A DNA stretch of 64,000 nt from an uncultured Oleiphilaceae bacterium. Its GTDB lineage: Bacteria; Pseudomonadota; Gammaproteobacteria; Pseudomonadales; Oleiphilaceae. The stretch is taken from the NCBI GenBank assembly GCA_913060665.1, contig CAJXUY010000018.1, positions 43,839 through 107,838 on the forward strand, written 5' to 3'. Numbering within the stretch: the stretch's first letter is position 1; the number at the start of each line of letters is the position of its first letter. Positions 58,365 to 64,000 of this stretch are shown piece by piece. The notes beneath the pieces are model-generated. The model saw nothing but the letters and a program-made list of their open reading frames with translations, had not been told where the DNA came from and did no database searches. A program made the translations under genes and the position numbers.

Positions 58365-61208
58365 TTAGCTGGTGACGACGACGCGAATGGCTTGTAATTG
58401 TACGGAGCTTCGGTTGATCACGTCTGCGGAAGCGCTAATTTGCTGTTTGAAGAAATTGATCTCTTCGTCTCGGATGGTCGGGTTAATGGCCTGTAATGCC
58501 TCTAAGCGGTCTACTTCTACTTTTAAACTACTCATCATTTTTTCATTCGCAGTATTTATAATAGTGGGAAGCTTCTTCTCTGCGATAGTTGTAGAGTGAG
58601 TGAGCATTTTTTCTATATCATTGCGTACTTGTTTAACAATCGCTTGAGCCGTATTGCGCTTCACTTTCTCACACATGCCATTCAAACGCTCATGGGGCAG
58701 AACCTCGCCCAAATCTCGACCATTGACATCTGACATCACGCGTATCGGCGTAATCGGCAAAAAGCGATCAACCTGCAGTTGCTTTGGTGCAATACAGTTG
58801 ACGGTGAAATAGGTTTCTAACAACAGTGTGCCCGGTTGTAGCCCTTTCACTGAGATCGTTGCCACGGTCGCGTTACCCAATTCTGCAGTTTGCAGCATTT
58901 CCATGGTTTCGACCACCATTGGGTGCTCCCAACTTAGGAACTCCATATCTTCTCTGGAGAGTGCTTTTTCTCTGGAAAATGTAATGGTGTTGCCGTCGTC
59001 TTTTAGGCCCGGGAAGTGGCTGGTAAACATATGATCAGATGGGCGAATAATATGAGCGTGATCTGAGTGATGTTCTTGGTCAACACCAAACTGATTGAAC
59101 AAACGCATCATAAAACCCTCAAGTACGGGGCCATCTTCCTCTTCTTCAATGGTGGAAATAATGGCTTCTGCCTGGGGTACTTTGCAGGAGTTTAATTCGA
59201 GTAATTGGTCTCGTCCTTCGTGCAGTAGCTGACGCATCTTATTGGTATGCGTGGCGGTTTCGGCAATCAGCGAGTTGATTTCACCGCTGGTTTCTTGCAG
59301 TTGCGCTAGTAACTCAAGTTCAAATTGTTCATAAATTGAGTACCCGACTGAGCAGCTCTGTTCGAACAAGTTGATACCTTCATGATACCAGCGGAACAAG
59401 CTCTGTTGGGACGTGCCTTCTAAAAATGGCACATGAATCTGAATGGTTTCGGTTTGACCTATGCGGTCAAGGCGACCAATTCGCTGTTCAAGTAGATCAG
59501 GGTTTAACGGTAGATCGAATAGCACCAAATGATGGGCAAACTGGAAGTTTCGACCTTCACTACCAATCTCGGAACAGATCAGTGTTTGTGCGCCGCCTTC
59601 TGTTTCAGCGAAATAAGCGGATGCTCTATCTCGCTCTATAATTGACAAACCTTCATAGAACGCTGCGCTTCGAATACCTGCTCGCAACTGAAGGTACTGT
59701 TCTAGCGCAACAGCAGTACTGGCATTTGCGCATATAACGAGGACTTTTTCAGATTTTAATTTTTTCAGCTTAGCTTCAAGCCAGGCGACACGAGGGTCGT
59801 TTTGAATCCAGTCGTCTGCTTCGGCCATCACTTCAGGGTATAGGCCGGTGATACCGGTTGTCTGACCTTGGTATAGCGCCGGCACGGGTAACGGGTAACT
59901 ATTGAGTTGGCGCTCAGGGAAGCCCTTGATGGCTGCGCGGGTGTTGCGAAATAACACGCGGCCGGTGCCATGTTGATCGAGTAGTCGGGAAACAATACCG
60001 TCGATATCGCTTACGTCTGAGGTATCGGTAAACTCGTTCAACTGTGCAAGAAGCTCTGGGCTAATGGCATCACCTTTATGTTGCAACGCGACCAACTGCT
60101 GAACAATGTGGTTTAGTGGCTGATAGCCTGCTTCTTCTTGTTTAAAACGTTCTAAATCATAGAACCGAGAGGGGTCTAGTAACCGAAGGCGAGCAAAATG
60201 ACTTTCAATACCGACCTGTTCAGGTGTTGCTGTTAGCAATAACAAGCCCGCACTATTGCTCGCTAGTTGCTCAACGCATTGGTATTCAATACTGGCTTCG
60301 GATTCGCTCCACTGAAGGTGGTGAGCTTCATCCACTATCAGCAAGTCCCATGATGCTTCAACTGCGTGATCCATTGCATCAGGATTTTCAGTTAAAAAAT
60401 CGAGACTGCAGAGTATTAATTGCTCAGATTCAAACGGATTCGACATTGAGTCGAAACCGGGTTCAAACATATCATCATCAATATCGCTATTTGACCCCGT
60501 CAGCGCGTCATAACGACTCTGATCAAATATTGAGAATGCTAAGTTAAAGCGCCGTAGCATTTCGACTAGCCACTGATGAATAAGGCTGTCTGGCACCACG
60601 ATTAAGGCTCTTTTGGCGCGACCGGTATGCAGTTGGTAGTGCAAAATCATACCGGCTTCGATCGTTTTACCCAGCCCCACTTCATCTGCTAATAGTACGC
60701 GAGGGGCAAATCGCTGCGCGACTTCATTGGCGATATAAACCTGATGAGGTAGATGGTTGGTTCGCGCACCCAGCAACCCTTTTACGGAAGACTGTTGTAA
60801 ACGATGAATGTGATTAAGGGTTTCGATTCTTAAGGTAAACGCTCTATTTTTGTCAAAATGCCCACTAAACAAGCGGTGTTGAGGGGCTGTTAATTGCACG
60901 AAACAGCTTAAATCAAGTTCCTCAACAATTTCTGCATTTCCGTCGCTGTCTTCACAGTTGTATATATAAATACCATCGACTTCTTCAGCTGTGATGACAT
61001 GAAACTGCAAATCATCCAGTGTGGTGATGTGTTCCCCTTCATTGTATATCAGGCGGCTTAGGGGCGCGTTGTCAGCAGCGTAAGTACGCTCTTCGCCAAC
61101 AGCAGGAAAACTAACTGTAATACGTCGGCCATTCACTTCGGAAATAATTCCCAAGCCCAGTTTTGATTCGGTATGGCTGACCCAGCGTTGTCCAATAATA
61201 AATTGCAT
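58365..61208 (-). CDS. rapA: RNA polymerase-associated SWI2/SNF2 ATPase RapA (HepA)
   Basis: 947 aa. MQFIIGQRWVSHTESKLGLGII..., helicase motifs LLADEVGLGKTIEAG, DEAHHL, and a C-terminal RapA domain. Confidence 0.95.
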   Translation of the reverse strand: MQFIIGQRWVSHTESKLGLGIISEVNGRRITVSFPAVGEERTYAADNAPLSRLIYNEGEHITTLDDLQFHVITAEEVDGIYIYNCEDSDGNAEIVEELDLSCFVQLTAPQHRLFSGHFDKNRAFTLRIETLNHIHRLQQSSVKGLLGARTNHLPHQVYIANEVAQRFAPRVLLADEVGLGKTIEAGMILHYQLHTGRAKRALIVVPDSLIHQWLVEMLRRFNLAFSIFDQSRYDALTGSNSDIDDDMFEPGFDSMSNPFESEQLILCSLDFLTENPDAMDHAVEASWDLLIVDEAHHLQWSESEASIEYQCVEQLASNSAGLLLLTATPEQVGIESHFARLRLLDPSRFYDLERFKQEEAGYQPLNHIVQQLVALQHKGDAISPELLAQLNEFTDTSDVSDIDGIVSRLLDQHGTGRVLFRNTRAAIKGFPERQLNSYPLPVPALYQGQTTGITGLYPEVMAEADDWIQNDPRVAWLEAKLKKLKSEKVLVICANASTAVALEQYLQLRAGIRSAAFYEGLSIIERDRASAYFAETEGGAQTLICSEIGSEGRNFQFAHHLVLFDLPLNPDLLEQRIGRLDRIGQTETIQIHVPFLEGTSQQSLFRWYHEGINLFEQSCSVGYSIYEQFELELLAQLQETSGEINSLIAETATHTNKMRQLLHEGRDQLLELNSCKVPQAEAIISTIEEEEDGPVLEGFMMRLFNQFGVDQEHHSDHAHIIRPSDHMFTSHFPGLKDDGNTITFSREKALSREDMEFLSWEHPMVVETMEMLQTAELGNATVATISVKGLQPGTLLLETYFTVNCIAPKQLQVDRFLPITPIRVMSDVNGRDLGEVLPHERLNGMCEKVKRNTAQAIVKQVRNDIEKMLTHSTTIAEKKLPTIINTANEKMMSSLKVEVDRLEALQAINPTIRDEEINFFKQQISASADVINRSSVQLQAIRVVVTS

Positions 61209-61640
61209 GGTGTGAATTGCCTATCAAGTAGTAAATAGTGTTGGAAATGCGCCGATTTTACCAGATTGGGCAGGCTCGGTGGTCAATTTAAATGGATTTA
61301 TTTTTTCTACAATAGGTGTAATTAGAAAGGTTGGCAGGTCTCTTTGCTTGTGCAGGCACAGGCTGGTTAGGGGTGTTAAGTATGAGATAGTCTATTCGCC
61401 GTCCGATCGTCGAATCTCTTGAGCGTTACCATGACTTCCCTAGAATTTCAGAAGCCATCTCGCGACAGTTTCCGTTTTCTGTTTAAGAGGATTTTTTGGG
61501 TTTGTAGATTAATGGGTGGTGGGTTCTTTCATTCCTCCAACGTCTAAAATCGAAACGACATAACAGGTGCTGCCAACGCGAGGTTGACCCCCAGGTTGGC
61601 AAACGTAACCGTTCCTGTGTTTATTACACCCTATAGCGCG

Positions 61641-63284
61641 TTAGCTGATCACTGAGTCGACCAATTGTTGGGCTTCATTTAAAATTTGCTGCAGGTGTTC
61701 CTCTCCAGAGAAGCTTTCAGCATAGATTTTATAAATATCTTCAGTGCCAGAAGGCCTTGCCGCGAACCAGCCATTTTGGGTCATTACTTTAAGTCCGCCA
61801 ATGGCCGCTCCATTGCCTGAAGCATGAGTTAAGCATGCTTCAATGGGGTCGCCCGCCAATGACTCTGCAGTCAGTTGATCGGTAGATAGTTGTTTAAGGA
61901 CTGCTTTTTGTTCTCGGTTGGCGGGTGCCTCTATACGGGCGTAAACCGGCGTACCGTGTTGTTGGGTGAGTTCGGAATATAGCTGCCCAGGGTCTTTACC
62001 CGTGACAGCGGTCATTTCAGCGGCGAGCAAATTGAGGATGATGCCATCTTTGTCAGTGCTCCATACGGTGCCATCTTTTCGTAAAAATGACGCGCCCGCA
62101 CTTTCTTCGCCGCCAAAACCGAATCGGCCTTCGGCTAAACCGTCGACAAACCATTTAAAGCCGACAGGCACTTCTACTAACTCGCGTTCGAGCTGTTTTG
62201 CTACACGGTCAACCATAGCGCTAGACACCAAGGTTTTGCCGATAGCAGTTGATGTGGGCCACTGGGTCCGGGTTTTAAACAGGTACTCTATAGCGACTGC
62301 TAGATAGTGATTAGGATTGAGCAAACCTGAGCTTTTAGTGACGATACCATGCCGGTCATAATCAGGATCGTTACCGAAGGCAATATCAAATCGGTCTTTT
62401 AGCTCTATCAAGCCTGCCATTGCCGCAGCAGAAGAGCAGTCCATGCGAATTTTTCCGTCTTTATCGACGCGCATAAATGAAAACGTGGGGTCGACCTTTT
62501 TGTTGACTAACTCAAGATCAAGCCCGTAGTGTTGTGCAATCGGCTCCCAATAGTCGATGCCTGAACCGCCCATGGGGTCGACGCCTATTTTTAGCCCTGA
62601 ACGAGCAATAGCGGCCATATCAACCACTTGGTCGAGTGACTCTATATAGGGTTTAATATAGTCATACTCGATAATGAATTCAGAGTTTAGGGCCTCTTCT
62701 AAAGAGACTCTTTGGACCCCTTTTAATCTATCAGATATTAGTTGGTTCGCACGATCCTGAACCCACTGGGTCACATCGGTATCGGCTGGGCCTCCATTGG
62801 GCGGATTGTACTTAAATCCACCATCTTCTGGTGGGTTATGTGAAGGCGTTATGACGACGCCATCGGCTAATTCGGCATTATCCTTATGAGAATTGTAGGT
62901 CAGAATAGCGTGTGAAATAACAGGTGTCGGGGTGTAACCTCTACCCGCTTGAATCATAACAGTCACCTGGTTGGCGGCAAACACCTCAACTGCAGAGATA
63001 AGCGCTGGCTCCGACAATGCGTGGGTATCCATGCCCATAAAAAGAGGGCCTTTGATGCCATTGGCTGCTCGATGCTCGCAAACTGCTTGCGTAATCGCTA
63101 AAATGTGGGGTTCGTTAAAGCTTCGCTTAAAGGCGCTGCCTCTGTGACCGGAGGTTCCGAAGGCGACTCGTTCGTCGGGGCTTTCGGGGTTGGGTTGTTC
63201 TGAGTAGTAAGCACTTACCAATCGAGGGATATTGATAAGCATTTCATCTGGGACAGGTTGGCCAGCCAACGGGTGTTTAGACAT
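61641..63284 (-). CDS. pgm: Phosphoglucomutase, alpha-D-glucose phosphate-specific
   Basis: 547 aa. FGTSGHRG, the active-site [15 protein letters not shown], and GGEESAG. Confidence 0.93.
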   Translation of the reverse strand: MSKHPLAGQPVPDEMLINIPRLVSAYYSEQPNPESPDERVAFGTSGHRGSAFKRSFNEPHILAITQAVCEHRAANGIKGPLFMGMDTHALSEPALISAVEVFAANQVTVMIQAGRGYTPTPVISHAILTYNSHKDNAELADGVVITPSHNPPEDGGFKYNPPNGGPADTDVTQWVQDRANQLISDRLKGVQRVSLEEALNSEFIIEYDYIKPYIESLDQVVDMAAIARSGLKIGVDPMGGSGIDYWEPIAQHYGLDLELVNKKVDPTFSFMRVDKDGKIRMDCSSAAAMAGLIELKDRFDIAFGNDPDYDRHGIVTKSSGLLNPNHYLAVAIEYLFKTRTQWPTSTAIGKTLVSSAMVDRVAKQLERELVEVPVGFKWFVDGLAEGRFGFGGEESAGASFLRKDGTVWSTDKDGIILNLLAAEMTAVTGKDPGQLYSELTQQHGTPVYARIEAPANREQKAVLKQLSTDQLTAESLAGDPIEACLTHASGNGAAIGGLKVMTQNGWFAARPSGTEDIYKIYAESFSGEEHLQQILNEAQQLVDSVIS

Positions 63285-63426
63285 GTTGCATCCTTGTGTG
63301 CGGCGTAAACTAAATGAGAATTTGCCTACAAGCTTACGCGATTACGGAATGATATTCACTTATAGCACTTGACGAATATGGCGTAGATGTTTATATCTGC
63401 ATGCATCTCAAATTGAAGGACGTGTA

Positions 63427-64000
63427 ATGAAACCCGCTAGCAAACCCGCAAACCCCAATTTTTCATCAGGCCCCTGCAGTAAACGCCCGGGTTATAGCCT
63501 GGATCAGCTTGATACATCAACACTGGGCCGTTCGCATCGCGCAAAGGTTGGTAAGGCAGCACTGGCGCGCGCTTGTTTCGACACCGCCAAACTACTTGGC
63601 TTGCCTGAAGGTTATCGAGTGGGAGTTGTACCTGCGTCAGATACTGGTGCCATGGAAATGGCAATGTGGTCGATGTTGGGGGCTCGTCCGGTAGATGTGT
63701 TTGCATGGGAGTCATTTGGGAAAGAGTGGCACACAGATATTACCAAACAGCTAAAACTAGATAATGTTAATAGCTATATTGCTGATTACGGGCAGTTGCC
63801 TGATATGAGTCAGGCGAATGCAGATCACGATATTATCTTCACCATGAACGGCACAACTTCAGGCGTGAAGGTATCCAATACGGACTGGATTAGTGATAGC
63901 CGTGAAGGATTAACCTTTTGTGATGCTACATCGGCGGTATTTGCGATGGAAATGCAGTGGGAAAAGCTCGATGTGATTACCTTTAGCTGGCAAAAAGTAT
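63427..64000 (+). CDS. serC: Phosphoserine aminotransferase (partial, continues off-window)
   Basis: Not in the track because it is truncated by the window edge. The ATG at 63427 gives [25 protein letters not shown]...[19 protein letters not shown]...[10 protein letters not shown], the short-type SerC pattern. Confidence 0.7.
   Translation, partial: MKPASKPANPNFSSGPCSKRPGYSLDQLDTSTLGRSHRAKVGKAALARACFDTAKLLGLPEGYRVGVVPASDTGAMEMAMWSMLGARPVDVFAWESFGKEWHTDITKQLKLDNVNSYIADYGQLPDMSQANADHDIIFTMNGTTSGVKVSNTDWISDSREGLTFCDATSAVFAMEMQWEKLDVITFSWQKV

Noticed and set aside
61431-61547. 38-codon ORF (MTSLEFQKPSRDSFRF...) and a 7-bp inverted repeat (TGCCAAC...GTTGGCA, 61570-61600) in the rapA-pgm spacer
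   Set aside because: The ORF lacks an SD sequence and conservation cannot be assessed. The inverted repeat has a 16-nt loop and may simply be a weak pgm terminator.
1-64000. Search for rRNA, tRNA, CRISPR arrays, IS elements, integrases, phage genes or recognisable defence systems
   Set aside because: I found no tRNA-like T-arm/acceptor pattern in any intergenic region, no regularly spaced direct repeats, and no transposase-, integrase- or phage-like ORFs. RapA is the housekeeping SNF2 ATPase, not a defence helicase.

Overview
The window looks like an ordinary chromosomal segment of a (probably marine) gammaproteobacterium. I found no rRNA, tRNA, CRISPR array, IS element, integrase or prophage.

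Housekeeping anchors are asnS, mqo, long-form leuA, ylqF, slyD, fklB, rapA, pgm and the 5' end of a phosphoserine aminotransferase gene. Between them lies a dense set of signalling and envelope genes:
- 2 methyl-accepting chemotaxis proteins (MCPs) and 1 Cache-type sensor that runs off the window edge
- 3 histidine kinases, 3 response regulators and 1 GGDEF diguanylate cyclase
- Orphan periplasmic binding proteins, a PEP-CTERM protein, NnrS and NnrU, LpxR, and small outer-membrane beta-barrels

The modules most worth a second look, all judged from motifs by eye with no database search:
1. A sensor-less MCP translationally coupled to a membrane-tethered NIT-like protein (2686-4703).
2. A protein with a near-perfect tandem MshEN c-di-GMP-binding motif, then a TM helix and an external FN3 domain (21980-22585).
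3. Two transporter-less binding proteins divergent from a REC / REC-GGDEF / histidine kinase operon (34688-40369).
4. Tandem spondin_N-like secreted paralogues next to an OmpR-type two-component system (45197-49027).
5. An intact long, divergent SelO lying 1.5 kb from an internally deleted relic of a canonical SelO.

Several other decay events are visible: a TonB-dependent receptor with an in-frame TAA, a WS/DGAT acyltransferase fragment ending in a C10 tract, and two micro-ORF fragments. Start codons are inferred and several differ from the supplied ORF track.
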